Below, in pieces: positions 39,107-48,842 of a DNA stretch of 64,000 nucleotides. The position numbers and the translations under genes are program-made. Every line of letters starts with the position of its first letter. The first letter of the stretch is position 1. The DNA lies in the NCBI GenBank assembly GCA_963934255.1, contig CAWVXU010000005.1, forward strand, positions 2,570-66,569, read 5' to 3'. Under the pieces are notes generated by a model. It was given only the letters and a program-made list of their open reading frames with translations, had not been told where the DNA came from and made no database searches. The DNA comes from an uncultured Fibrobacterales bacterium. GTDB lineage: Bacteria; Fibrobacterota; Fibrobacteria; Fibrobacterales; CAWVXU01.

Positions 39107-39598
39107 TTAAGTTCTAGGTGGTGATGAATAACATGCGGCTTTAATCTGATCCCAGGTCATCTCACCCGGCTTCATCCTAGATGTAAGTTTTTTCAAAGGG
39201 TCGAGGATTTTATTTTTCCTCATTGCCATGAGTGCATCTTGAAATTCGTTATTATCAAGTAGCCTTAATTGACCGATTAAATCATCCCCGATTTTCTTTT
39301 TCAAAGTAAAACAAAAAGGTAAATAATTAAGTCTTGCCCATGATTCAACTACCCAAGGTTTATATTGATCCCAAGGAAAATAATCATTAAGAAAAAAGTG
39401 ACGTGGGTAGACATCGGGATGATCGCTTGCAATAACCCAATAGACACCATTTTGATAAAGTTCACCGATATGACCTTGACGCTCCACAATTTGACCGTCT
39501 TCAATATATTGAAATTCAATACACGGCCCTGTTAAGAAGGCAGTCTTAGGCTGGGTGCGCTGGTGCTTCTTGGGAACATTATATCCGTATAGTGCCAT
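39107..39598 (-). CDS. Hypothetical protein
   Basis: ATG at 39598 (MALYGY..) just after the rhomboid stop. Confidence 0.55.
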   Translation of the reverse strand: MALYGYNVPKKHQRTQPKTAFLTGPCIEFQYIEDGQIVERQGHIGELYQNGVYWVIASDHPDVYPRHFFLNDYFPWDQYKPWVVESWARLNYLPFCFTLKKKIGDDLIGQLRLLDNNEFQDALMAMRKNKILDPLKKLTSRMKPGEMTWDQIKAACYSSPPRT

Positions 39599-39609
39599 CG
39601 TTAAACCAC

Positions 39610-40164
39610 CTACCTTTTGATGAACCCAAAGACTGCACCGAGGATACCACCACAAAGGTGAGCAAACTCAGAAATTTGATTGTTTTGAGTCGCATGCAAT
39701 ACTTCTTTACCGAGGAAGAAACAAGCAACGATGAGAAAGCTTAAAGGAATTCCGCCGGATCTCATATTGGCAAATGAACTCAGAAGTATAAAGGTAAATG
39801 CAACCCCAGAAGCTCCTAAAAGCCCCGTTGGAAAAAGCATCATGTTGAGAAGTCCTGTGGTGAGGGCTGTAATGAGCATCATTATAAGAAGGGACTGAGA
39901 ACCGTATTTCTCCTCAAGCATCGGCCCGAGTAGTAGGATTAAAGTCAAATTAGCTATGAGGTGATCCCAATTGGCGTGCCCCATTGAGTGTGATACGAGT
40001 CGAAAATAAGCGATGGGGTTGTAGAAGTCAAAAGCCAAGACATTGCCTGGAACAGTGAAGAATGTATTGGTGTAGTAGCTCATGCCAAAGTGTTGTAAAA
40101 GCACAAGCAAAAAGCTGATAGCTGAGAAGGTAAGCACCACTGGAGAATTGAAATAGATCTTCAT
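39610..40164 (-). CDS. Rhomboid-family intramembrane serine protease
   Basis: H..GHANWDHL..N, LEEKYG, GASG (catalytic Ser), AHLCG (catalytic His). Confidence 0.88.
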   Translation of the reverse strand: MKIYFNSPVVLTFSAISFLLVLLQHFGMSYYTNTFFTVPGNVLAFDFYNPIAYFRLVSHSMGHANWDHLIANLTLILLLGPMLEEKYGSQSLLIMMLITALTTGLLNMMLFPTGLLGASGVAFTFILLSSFANMRSGGIPLSFLIVACFFLGKEVLHATQNNQISEFAHLCGGILGAVFGFIKR

Positions 40165-40244
40165 AGAGTTAATATAGTAATAGGTCCTAGTGGTAAAAAG
40201 TCTATTAAAGAGTCTAATATATATAAGGTATACACAGTGTATGG

Positions 40245-40394
40245 CTAGGCGGCTAGCTCTAACTGAAGTTGACGGGCTAGACTTTTGGCTTGATAAAGTG
40301 GAGTCTGAGTCGCCTTGCTTGACATCTGTGGACTTACCCCTGCACGAAGCATCGCACAGAGTAATTCATGGCGTTTGGTATTTAAATGATTCAC
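40245..40394 (-). CDS. Unlisted 49-aa small protein, HTH-like, C-terminal LAA
   Basis: AAGGAGG five nt before GTG; MNHLNTKRHELLCAMLRAGVSPQMSSKATQTPLYQAKSLARQLQLELAA*. Confidence 0.6.
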   Translation of the reverse strand: MNHLNTKRHELLCAMLRAGVSPQMSSKATQTPLYQAKSLARQLQLELAA

Positions 40395-40624
40395 AATATC
40401 CTCCTTGATTCAAGTTTAATAAAATACTGCACAAGTGTGTAGTAACTTTAGAAATTTAAACTCTATGGTATCATGTAAGGCTTTATTAGACCATATATTG
40501 AGGTCAATGTGATTGAAGGTTGATTTTTGTAACGAGTTTCAAGGCTTTTTTTAGAAATTTGAGCAATATTTTTTTTAATTCAGTAAATTATTATTTTGAT
40601 TTTAATTGAAACAAAGGATGGTTT

Positions 40625-41494
40625 ATGGCAAAGTACCAATTTAAGAGTTCTGTATTTGAATTCTGTCATTTTTCAGAATACCTTCAGGCCTATTTTTTGG
40701 ATCGTAAAAAGTCAAATTCTTACACCATAGATAAGTTTTCAGCTGATACCGGTCTAGCGCGTGCTAACCTTTGGAGGATCATTGAGGATAAGGCGCCTCT
40801 TAATGAGCGAGCCAAAAGTTTTGCTATTGCCAAGGCAATTGGGATGACTGCAGATGAGCGACAATATTTTGAAGCTCTAATTGATTTCAACCAAAGTGAA
40901 AGTTCGCATGAGGCACTTGATCGTCTCGATACGCTCATAGAGTTACTTCCCAAAAAGTATATGGAAACATTTGTCGCTAGGTTTGGGATCTTCCCACATT
41001 GGTTGACTCAGGCAATCAAAGAGATCGTTCAGATGCCGAGCTTTGACGGTTCTTACCTCAACCTCTCTAGGAAGTTTCGATTTGAAGTTCACTCACATGA
41101 AATCAAAAGAGCTTTGGAAGTACTATTGCAAAATAATATTATAAAAAAGGTGGAGAAGAATACCTATGAGTCTACAAATAATTTTGACTCCATCAGGATG
41201 AACGTAGGGACAAATGAATTTGAAAAAAAGTTTGCTAAAAAAGCAGTGTACGCACTCCAATCTAAACAACTTGATTTAGCTTATGCAGCGTCTAATCATT
41301 TTGATTTAGAACACTGCTATATGGTCAATCACACCATCTCTTTGCCATCAGATAAAATCGGTGAATTTGAAAAACTAATATTAATTTTCAAATCTGAAAT
41401 TGAAACCTTGATGAAAAAATATCCGAGTAATCAAGCCAATCAGGTGATTCAAATCAATACATCAATGTTGCCACTGACCGATGTATTGGATTAG
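40625..41494 (+). CDS. TIGR02147-family protein (HTH + DUF4423-like)
   Basis: FSEYLQAYF..RK..YT..FS..TGL..A.L..I, ERQYFEALIDFNQ, W...AIKEIV, EI..AL..L...II, VIQIN..MLPLT. Confidence 0.75.
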   Translation: MAKYQFKSSVFEFCHFSEYLQAYFLDRKKSNSYTIDKFSADTGLARANLWRIIEDKAPLNERAKSFAIAKAIGMTADERQYFEALIDFNQSESSHEALDRLDTLIELLPKKYMETFVARFGIFPHWLTQAIKEIVQMPSFDGSYLNLSRKFRFEVHSHEIKRALEVLLQNNIIKKVEKNTYESTNNFDSIRMNVGTNEFEKKFAKKAVYALQSKQLDLAYAASNHFDLEHCYMVNHTISLPSDKIGEFEKLILIFKSEIETLMKKYPSNQANQVIQINTSMLPLTDVLD

Positions 41495-41496
41495 TC

Positions 41497-42030
41497 TTAT
41501 TTGCTTTTCTCATTTGAATTGTGATTAACAAATATGAGTTCATCGGTATTAAAACCAATTTCTTTTGCTTTGGAAATAAATTGGTTTATAAGCTCTTGGG
41601 GTGGATTGGGTGTTCTAGAAAGTAGCCATAGATAGGTCAGGTCAGGTCCTGAAACAAATGCATATTGATAGTTGACTTGATCTAATTCAAATAGGATATA
41701 AGAACCATAAAATGGGCCAAAGAATGAAACCTTTAAATGTCCAGTAGTCGGCTTGTCTACAAAGTAAGCTTTACCTTCTGCCTCACTCCACTTAAGGTCT
41801 TCAGTTGAGTATCCTCGATTTATCACTTTGACACCCCCGTCTTCCATCATTGAGTATTCTGCGGTGATTTGTTCAAGTCCCCGCTCAAAACGGTGGTCTA
41901 GTCTCGCTATTTCATACCATTTCCCTAGGTACCGTTTTAATTCAAAACTTTGAATAGGTGTCACTTTGTCAGGTATACCGGTGCATCCACTTAGAAGTAT
42001 GGTTGAAAATATGAGTATAAGTAGTTTCAT
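41497..42030 (-). CDS. blc: Outer-membrane lipoprotein lipocalin
   Basis: Lipobox LSGC; RYLGKWYEIARLDHRFE, LKVSFFGPFYG, YLWLLSRTP. Confidence 0.92.
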   Translation of the reverse strand: MKLLILIFSTILLSGCTGIPDKVTPIQSFELKRYLGKWYEIARLDHRFERGLEQITAEYSMMEDGGVKVINRGYSTEDLKWSEAEGKAYFVDKPTTGHLKVSFFGPFYGSYILFELDQVNYQYAFVSGPDLTYLWLLSRTPNPPQELINQFISKAKEIGFNTDELIFVNHNSNEKSK

Positions 42031-42132
42031 TATTGTGACTCCATGATTATATCATTAAATATATAAAGAATGATCATGGAGTCTTTGTAACTATTACCAT
42101 AAGTCAGAGTATTTATTTGTAATCTACTTAAA

Positions 42133-42426
42133 TTACAGGCGACATTGGCTCACCTTTAAATTATCAAAAGGTTGAGAAACATGACACATGCTTTTTTGAG
42201 ATTCACAATCTTGGTAATGAATCCATTCATCGTATTTGCATATTGTGACATCATCAGAACCCAAACAGGTGGTTTCACCTTCCCTGGGACAAGGCCAATT
42301 ATATCCCTTGAAATCTGCTTTAAAAGCGAGGCTTTCCATAAAAAATAATGAGTTGAGATTTTTGAGCACACCTAAGTTGCTAACTAGTTTCTCGTTAATT
42401 GAACAAAACACCAAAAGGCAAAACAA
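42133..42426 (-). CDS. Small Cys-rich hypothetical protein (possibly a remnant)
   Basis: C-terminal CPREGETTC..ICK...W....DC....MC......QC, six Cys; start uncertain. Confidence 0.35.
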   Translation of the reverse strand: MFCLLVFCSINEKLVSNLGVLKNLNSLFFMESLAFKADFKGYNWPCPREGETTCLGSDDVTICKYDEWIHYQDCESQKSMCHVSQPFDNLKVSQCRL

Positions 42427-42512
42427 TCAAAACGATCAAATTGAGAAGTAGTAGATCATTTTATTCTATTTTAAAACATCAAACACCTCGACAAATAAAC
42501 CAAGGAATCATT

Positions 42513-42881
42513 ATGGCTCACTCACCACAATTTCTAGCGATAGTACTAGACGCCAAATCTCGTGTTAAAGAATGTAATATTCATGATGTCAAGTCGATGT
42601 TAGAAATGCCAAAAAATTTTGTACTTGTAGATACTCGTGAAGACAAAGAATGGGATACACTTCATATTGATGGTGCTATTCACATTGGCAAAGGTGTAAT
42701 TGAACGTGATGTGGAAGGTAAAATCCCAGATACTAATACCAAAATTGTCTTATACTGTGGTGGTGGATTTCGCTCTGCATTAGCAGCTGATAATATGCAG
42801 AAGATGGGCTACACCAATGTCATTTCAATGGATGGTGGCTTTAGTGCATGGAATAAGGAAGGCTACCCAACTCAATCTTAA
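42513..42881 (+). CDS. Single-domain rhodanese/sulfurtransferase
   Basis: AAGGA RBS; DTREDKEW, HIDGA.HIGKG, YCGGGFRS, MDGG..AW. Confidence 0.9.
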   Translation: MAHSPQFLAIVLDAKSRVKECNIHDVKSMLEMPKNFVLVDTREDKEWDTLHIDGAIHIGKGVIERDVEGKIPDTNTKIVLYCGGGFRSALAADNMQKMGYTNVISMDGGFSAWNKEGYPTQS

Positions 42882-42894
42882 CACTATTTGAGGT

Positions 42895-43150
42895 TTAATT
42901 TGATTTTGATAGTTTATATGACTTACCCCAAACCACCCATGCGATAGCTCCTAAAATCAATATGGTAGAAAAGATAAATCGCAAGGTAAGCATCTCACCC
43001 AAAAAGAGAACACCCACTAAGGTTGCCAAAATAGGAACGGATAATTCCCTCAAAGCTAGCTTCAATATTTTTTAAAGAAAAAAGCAGTAAAAGAATCAAC
43101 AAGGGTAATGTCCGAAAAAATTATATGTAGCATCAGCGAGTGGAGATACC
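42895..43150 (-). pseudogene. Relic of a DMT/EamA-family transporter
   Basis: Frameshifted fragments ..RTLPLLILLLLFSL.. and LSVPILATLVGVLFLGEMLTLRFIFSTILILGAIAWVVWG. Confidence 0.6.
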
Positions 43151-43166
43151 CGTTTTCATTGATTTT

Positions 43167-43376
43167 TTATACAAAGACATGTTTGACGCGTCCAACTTGT
43201 CCGGATTCTAATTGAACCTTGATCCCATGAGGGTGATTGGCTGATTTCGTGAGGATACGTTGGACGATTCCCTCAGTGAGATTTCCTGTGCGTTGATCTT
43301 GTTTTTGAACAACTTCAACTTGCGAGCCAACGATGATATTTTTGCGTAGGCCTCCATCTAATTTTGATTTATTCAT
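43167..43376 (-). CDS. YwbE/DUF2196 family protein
   Basis: VQKQDQRTGNLTEG.V..ILTKS..HPHGIKV.LE.GQVGRV. Confidence 0.9.
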   Translation of the reverse strand: MNKSKLDGGLRKNIIVGSQVEVVQKQDQRTGNLTEGIVQRILTKSANHPHGIKVQLESGQVGRVKHVFV

Positions 43377-43532
43377 TAGGGCCTCTTTGGCGTAATGTCA
43401 ATTATCGAAGTATAGATTTAATTTGTAAAATCAAAGAGAGATATTATATAAAACGAGTGATACTTAGATAATTTATTTCTTTCTATCTTAAGATATGAAA
43501 AGATATTGTTGAATAGTGGAGCTAAAAGAATA

Positions 43533-44606
43533 ATGAATTCTCAAACAATTAAATGGATATTTATTGCCTTGGCTCTTCTAGCGAATCAGCTATATGCTCA
43601 TGGTGTAACTGATGCAGAAAAACAAATGATTGCTGAAGGTGGTAACCTAAGGTTCATGTGGATTGGCTTGACCCATATGCTGTCTGGGTATGACCATTTA
43701 GCTTTTATCTTTGGTGTTATATTCGTCCTCGATCGTTTTAAAGATGTTGTCAAGTTTATGACTGTATTTACACTAGGACATAGTATCACCCTTATTCTTG
43801 CGACCTATACCTCATTTTCGGTTAATTATTATTTAATCGATGCAGTTATTGCCTTAAGTGTCAGTTATAAAGCACTTCATAATTTGGATGGCTTTAAAAA
43901 ATATCTAGGATTTAATCCACCAAGTATGTTGAAGATGGTTTTCGCATTTGGACTCATTCACGGACTCGGTCTGTCCACTAGACTTCAAGAATTACCTTTA
44001 GATAGAGGTTCACTTTTAGAGAATATTGTTTCTTTTAATATTGGTGTTGAAGTCGGGCAAGTATCTGCGCTAGCACTCATGATTATTTTGATGAGTCTAG
44101 TGAGAAAATCTCATCATTTCAATTCTTTTAGTAAAACATCAAATGTGTTGTTATTTGCCTTTGGTGGTTTATTGTTTTTATTCCAACTTCATGGCTATCA
44201 GCATCAACCAGAAGTGACTACCAAGACCGAACTATCAGTTCCTTTAGATTCGGCTGGCTATATCCTAGAGTTTAAGGAAATAAGTGATTGGAAAGATACT
44301 ATCATAATAAAAATACCCACTGGAGGTGAGTTAGAATATAAAGTATTAGGTGTGAAAGAAAAAAACATTTCCTACCTCTGGACTTCGGGGTCTAGCGAAG
44401 TATATTTTGATTTCCATGGCGAACCTGCTAATGACACCACCATATCATTTATATCTTACTTGAAAGATACTGATTACAAACAAATCGGGACACTCCTCCC
44501 ACCCTTTAATGGAAATCATGGTTGGTACTGGCACAATGAAAATGAAGAAGAAGTGACCATCCAATTATACCTGACAGGTCATTATGAAAGAATGGATTTA
44601 AAATAG
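43533..44606 (+). CDS. HupE/UreJ-family (Ni/Co transporter-like) protein with fused His/Trp-containing soluble C-terminal domain
   Basis: Signal then HGV; GYDHL, FTLGHSITL, FGLIHGLG, FNIGVE; C-terminal EYK..FDFHGEP..PFNGNHGWYWHN. Confidence 0.82.
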   Translation: MNSQTIKWIFIALALLANQLYAHGVTDAEKQMIAEGGNLRFMWIGLTHMLSGYDHLAFIFGVIFVLDRFKDVVKFMTVFTLGHSITLILATYTSFSVNYYLIDAVIALSVSYKALHNLDGFKKYLGFNPPSMLKMVFAFGLIHGLGLSTRLQELPLDRGSLLENIVSFNIGVEVGQVSALALMIILMSLVRKSHHFNSFSKTSNVLLFAFGGLLFLFQLHGYQHQPEVTTKTELSVPLDSAGYILEFKEISDWKDTIIIKIPTGGELEYKVLGVKEKNISYLWTSGSSEVYFDFHGEPANDTTISFISYLKDTDYKQIGTLLPPFNGNHGWYWHNENEEEVTIQLYLTGHYERMDLK

Positions 44607-44724
44607 AAGATGAAATTAAAGCTCGAAGACATGAGGAAACCTTAATAGTTTTGATTGTCTTTGGTGCTTAGTGAAATAAATTAAGATAAGTTCGTTTCCC
44701 TCTACCTAAATAACGCGGTTAATC

Positions 44725-45486
44725 ATGGATATCAATGGAACCCTTATTTCATCAACAACTGACGAACATGGTCCTATCTATGTTTATGAAACACGGACTG
44801 CTCGTATCCTTAGTTTTGATGGTAAAATTTACCAAAGTTCTATGAAATTAAAAAAAATCAATGGATTAGCTCTTGGCTATACACAAGCAATGATGTCAGG
44901 CCTACTTTTTCTCCCTAAACTTGAAACAGCAACAGTCCTAGGGTTGGGTGCAGGTTCCATGGTAAAGAGCTTGTTGAATGGCTTTCCAACCGTTCAAGTA
45001 ATCGCGGTGGAATATCGTGAAGCAGTGGTGAATGCGGCCAAGCAGTATTTTTATTTACCCGAGTCGGCTCGTTTAAATATTCATATTGATGATGCTGCAA
45101 ATTACATCAAGACGACGAAAACAAAAAGTGATATTATTTTTTCGGACTTATATAATTCTGAAGGTATGGAGCCTAAGCAAGTACAGTCATCCTATTTGAG
45201 GGATTGTAAAAGTGCCCTTAATGAACAAGGGGTCCTGGTTCTTAATCTCTGGCATACTGCTAATCATCTGCGTCAAGAATTAAATGAGTTACTTAAGAAG
45301 GAATTTAAGAGCCAATTACTTAGCTTTGAAGTAGATAGTGGTAACACTATAGTACTGGCATTTAAAACCGACATACCTGTGATGTCCGAGAGAGCCTTAA
45401 TGGAGAAGATGAAACACCTAGAAGTGAATATGAATATTTCAATGGAAATTCATGCGGAAAAAATTTGGAAAAGATTACATAAGTAA
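44725..45486 (+). CDS. Spermidine synthase-like SAM-dependent methyltransferase
   Basis: QS..., YTQAMM, LGLGAGS, VE, DDA, D.IFSDLY, GVLVLNLW. Confidence 0.8.
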   Translation: MDINGTLISSTTDEHGPIYVYETRTARILSFDGKIYQSSMKLKKINGLALGYTQAMMSGLLFLPKLETATVLGLGAGSMVKSLLNGFPTVQVIAVEYREAVVNAAKQYFYLPESARLNIHIDDAANYIKTTKTKSDIIFSDLYNSEGMEPKQVQSSYLRDCKSALNEQGVLVLNLWHTANHLRQELNELLKKEFKSQLLSFEVDSGNTIVLAFKTDIPVMSERALMEKMKHLEVNMNISMEIHAEKIWKRLHK

Positions 45487-45508
45487 TTCTTTATAGCATA
45501 TCTGATGA

Positions 45509-46165
45509 TTATTCCTGGTAGTTGGCGTGTATCTCAGACTCAACTAGCTTCTTCAATTGTGCATGGCCAAAATTAACTAGAGGCTTTTGATTGACAAAGA
45601 AACTAGGTGTTTTCTTAATCTTTAGCATAGAAGCATCAAATAAATCTTGACGAAGAATTGCTTCAATTTTAGGGCTGCCCATATCTGCCTTTAGCTGAGC
45701 AAGATTAAGTGGAGTATCTTTTAATACTTCCCAAGCTAAGTTTGGTTGGGCTTGATGATGGACCGTCCAGATATGTTGAGTCTGGTAAAGAGTCTCAAGA
45801 GTTTTCCAATACATATTTTGATTTCGGGATGCTTCTAAGATTCGTACAAAATAATCGGCACCTTGATGAAAGGGAGCGTATCGTAGTATGAGTTGGATCT
45901 TGCCGGGGTATTTGGCAATGATATCTTTGACATGAGGATAAAAGACTCTGCATGTCTCACAGGCTGGATCAAAAAACTCAACTAAGGTTACCTTAGCGTC
46001 GGGACTCCCAATAGTAACAGAATAATCTCGTACAAATGAGTCATAGTTTGACTGAGCGTTTGTGAGGGTTTTAGTCTCTTTATTTTGTTTGACAAAAAAG
46101 CTCCCGATGACAAATCCAGCAATCAAAACAAGTAGAGAAATGAATATGATTAGTTTTTGTTTCAT
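45509..46165 (-). CDS. DsbA/BdbD-like thiol-disulfide oxidoreductase
   Basis: N-terminal TM; EFFDPACETC (CxxC), cis-Pro TPSFFVN. Confidence 0.88.
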   Translation of the reverse strand: MKQKLIIFISLLVLIAGFVIGSFFVKQNKETKTLTNAQSNYDSFVRDYSVTIGSPDAKVTLVEFFDPACETCRVFYPHVKDIIAKYPGKIQLILRYAPFHQGADYFVRILEASRNQNMYWKTLETLYQTQHIWTVHHQAQPNLAWEVLKDTPLNLAQLKADMGSPKIEAILRQDLFDASMLKIKKTPSFFVNQKPLVNFGHAQLKKLVESEIHANYQE

Positions 46166-46602
46166 TGAGTTTTCCTATGTAATACAATTAAAATTGTTGC
46201 GATTATGGAGAATGATAAAAAAGACAAGAGAGGTATGGTGATAAAACCAAATAATCCTAAATGAACATCAGTACAGGATAAGGCTTTGTCACAAGGCTGA
46301 ATCGATTCAGGAATAATACCAGTATAAAGTAGGTTGTGGTAAATAGAAATGAGCCAACCTATAATGGTTAGAGGCAGAGAAAACCTGATGACAGATCTAT
46401 TGAACGGAAAGAGACCACCTAGGAGTATAACAGCTAATGGAAATAGACACATCCTTTGATACCAGCATAAAATACAAGGCGGAAATTCAAGAATTTCACT
46501 AAAGAACAGAGAACCAGCTACAGAAACACTTGCAGTCAACCAACAAATAAAGAGTAGGGTCCAATTTAAGTCGGTCTCACCTTCTCTGACTTTGTCACTC
46601 AT
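46162..46602 (-). CDS. Disulfide bond formation protein B (BdbC-like)
   Basis: GSLFFSE..PCILCWYQR, second Cys pair PC....C, FITIP; overlaps the DsbA partner. Confidence 0.9.
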   Translation of the reverse strand: MSDKVREGETDLNWTLLFICWLTASVSVAGSLFFSEILEFPPCILCWYQRMCLFPLAVILLGGLFPFNRSVIRFSLPLTIIGWLISIYHNLLYTGIIPESIQPCDKALSCTDVHLGLFGFITIPLLSFLSFSIIATILIVLHRKTQ

Positions 46603-46676
46603 TGAATCCCCTTGCTTGAATTATACTTAAAGATAATAATAGTGATGCTATTGGGGGTGACATCACTTAAAACCTT

Positions 46677-47489
46677 CTAATTATAAGCTGCCATTTCCTG
46701 AGAGATTTCATCAAAAATGATGTCCCTAATTGCATCCCATAGCTGGATTCTTTTTTCTAATGATTCTTTGGCAACAATCAGTGTTTCTGCCCATTTCAAT
46801 TCATCATCTTTACACAACTCAGCAATCATTTCAAGTGAAAGCGGGCCGTGTTCATCGCCATCTAATTCAATGTGACGATTGAGATAGTAGGATAGTTTTT
46901 TAGTAGACTCTTTTTCACTGTCAAAGTTTTTAACTATCTCAATAAACATATCTGGTATAACATCTTCTCGACCAAAGGTAAAGGCAGATGCAATGAGATG
47001 TGGTTTATTTGTTTCAATGACTGAAAAGGAAAATTTGACAAAGTCAGCTATGCGTTTGTCAAGATTAATTTCATTTAAGGAATAGTCAACTGAATTACCT
47101 GATTCAATAAGCTTCACAAATTTTTTAATATTGACTGTACTGGCATTTGTCTCAGACATTGCATCTAAATACATCTCAAAGTGACTTGTAGGTTGACCAC
47201 TTTCGTCGATATCACTCTCTTCAGCTTGTACAATTTCATTGATAAATCTTGAAAGTTTAGGGTTTTTGGGAGGTGTCCAAGGAACCTCGACAGTGGTCAG
47301 GATTCTTTGAAGTGACTTAAGAAGTGACATGAAATCCCACACAGCAAACACATGGTTTTCCATAAATTTTTTAACGTCGTTAATATCAGTCAAGCTATTG
47401 TAAAGCTCATGGGATTGTAGTTGTTTTCTCAGACTAGAGAGTTCACTTTCAATGTGTTCTATTTTAGTCATTATATTAATTTTAGTCAT
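46677..47489 (-). CDS. DUF3050-family heme-oxygenase-like protein
   Basis: [54 protein letters not shown]. Confidence 0.9.
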   Translation of the reverse strand: MTKINIMTKIEHIESELSSLRKQLQSHELYNSLTDINDVKKFMENHVFAVWDFMSLLKSLQRILTTVEVPWTPPKNPKLSRFINEIVQAEESDIDESGQPTSHFEMYLDAMSETNASTVNIKKFVKLIESGNSVDYSLNEINLDKRIADFVKFSFSVIETNKPHLIASAFTFGREDVIPDMFIEIVKNFDSEKESTKKLSYYLNRHIELDGDEHGPLSLEMIAELCKDDELKWAETLIVAKESLEKRIQLWDAIRDIIFDEISQEMAAYN

Positions 47490-47496
47490 TATATTA
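47461..47496. repeat. Perfect 18-bp tandem duplication spanning the DUF3050 start codon
   Basis: attttagtcattatatta x2, giving two in-frame ATGs ([11 protein letters not shown]). Confidence 0.85.
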
Positions 47497-47712
47497 CATA
47501 TCCTGTTGCAGAATTAATATTGAGGGGAATATTTGTAAAAGCCATTAACTCTTATTGAAATAAACCTTAAGTATAAACTAACAAGATGAACCAATATTTG
47601 CCAATATTTAGGAAAATGAAAAAGATAAGCGAAATAAAGTTTGTTATATTTTAGTTACATGAAAAAAGTGCTTATTCAATGCTTTTTAACCATCAATAAA
47701 TAATTGAAAAGA

Positions 47713-48666
47713 CTAATTCCAATTCATTTGTTTTCTTTGATTCCAATAATGGTTTGTTGGAATGGCGTGGCTTTTTAAGGATTCAATCTCATATGAGGAA
47801 AGTTTTAAATTGTTGGTCTTTAAATTTTCAACTAAATCAGAAGTATGGGATGCACCACTTAATACCATAAATGGCTTGAGGGCTTGGTGACAAAACTGCA
47901 AAGCGATGGCATCAATTCCCGTGTTGTATTTTAGAGCAAGCGATTCGAGTAATTGATACAAATCTGAAAAGTCAACACAAGCATAGTGTGGAAATAATCG
48001 CCCATTGGCAAGAGCTTCTTTAATTACAATACGATTATTATCTTGCTTAAGTATATCTAAGACCTCGAGTATGCTTTGATCTAATATATTAAAGGTGACT
48101 TGAAAGACATTAAAAAGCTGTTTTCCATTAATTTGAATATCAAGGGCTTTTTTTAATACGTCTACCTGGTTCTCACCAGTGGTAGACAACCCTATATTAA
48201 TACCATAATTTGATTTAAATTCAGCCAACTTGGCTAGTACTTCATCATCATCCAAAACTCCGGTTTCAAAAGTGGCTGAATGAATTTGTAAAGTGGATAA
48301 GAAAGGCAGTAATTCCTTTGAGACTTCCCATTGTTTGATGAGCTGATCAATGCTATGGTCTTTTATTTCATGAACTTTGGCATCAGGATTAAAATTGGCA
48401 ACATATTCATAGCCCCATTTTGTAGCGACTTCTATGGACGGGTCATTTTTTGATTGTAGCCAGTCCGAAATCAACTGTTCTGCCATGCCGTAGCCTGGTG
48501 CAGTATCAAAATAGCGCACTCCTTGTTGGTATGCAGATTCTAGAACCTGAAGACCGCTTTGTCTAAATTTCTCTAGGTCAAAACTTTCAGGTTTTTGATT
48601 TCTCACATTAATGTATTGTGGTCGGCCAATCGCTGCTGTGCCCAAACCAATTTTTTTAGATTTCAT
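47713..48666 (-). CDS. Aldo/keto reductase
   Basis: IGLGTAAIG, YFDTAPGYG, ATKWG, QIHS, IGLS, Q.TFN. Confidence 0.88.
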   Translation of the reverse strand: MKSKKIGLGTAAIGRPQYINVRNQKPESFDLEKFRQSGLQVLESAYQQGVRYFDTAPGYGMAEQLISDWLQSKNDPSIEVATKWGYEYVANFNPDAKVHEIKDHSIDQLIKQWEVSKELLPFLSTLQIHSATFETGVLDDDEVLAKLAEFKSNYGINIGLSTTGENQVDVLKKALDIQINGKQLFNVFQVTFNILDQSILEVLDILKQDNNRIVIKEALANGRLFPHYACVDFSDLYQLLESLALKYNTGIDAIALQFCHQALKPFMVLSGASHTSDLVENLKTNNLKLSSYEIESLKSHAIPTNHYWNQRKQMNWN

Positions 48667-48842
48667 ATTGAGTAGCCTTTAAGGAGATAGTCAAACAATT
48701 TATGTGAGAATGAAACTTTTTTAATTCATCTTTTAAAAAGTATAAATAAACGACTAAGATTAATTGGTTTTGATACCAACACTTGAGGTATAAATTGTTA
48801 TGCTTATTATATATGGTTTTGGTTGTCTGAGAAGGGCATGAT

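Noticed and set aside
40245-40394. LAA-ending frame as a tmRNA tag reading frame
   Set aside because: It has its own RBS and start codon, and no tRNA-like 5'/3' ends flank it.
40190-40408. Supplied plus-strand 72-aa ORF
   Set aside because: No RBS and antisense to the better-supported minus-strand small ORF.
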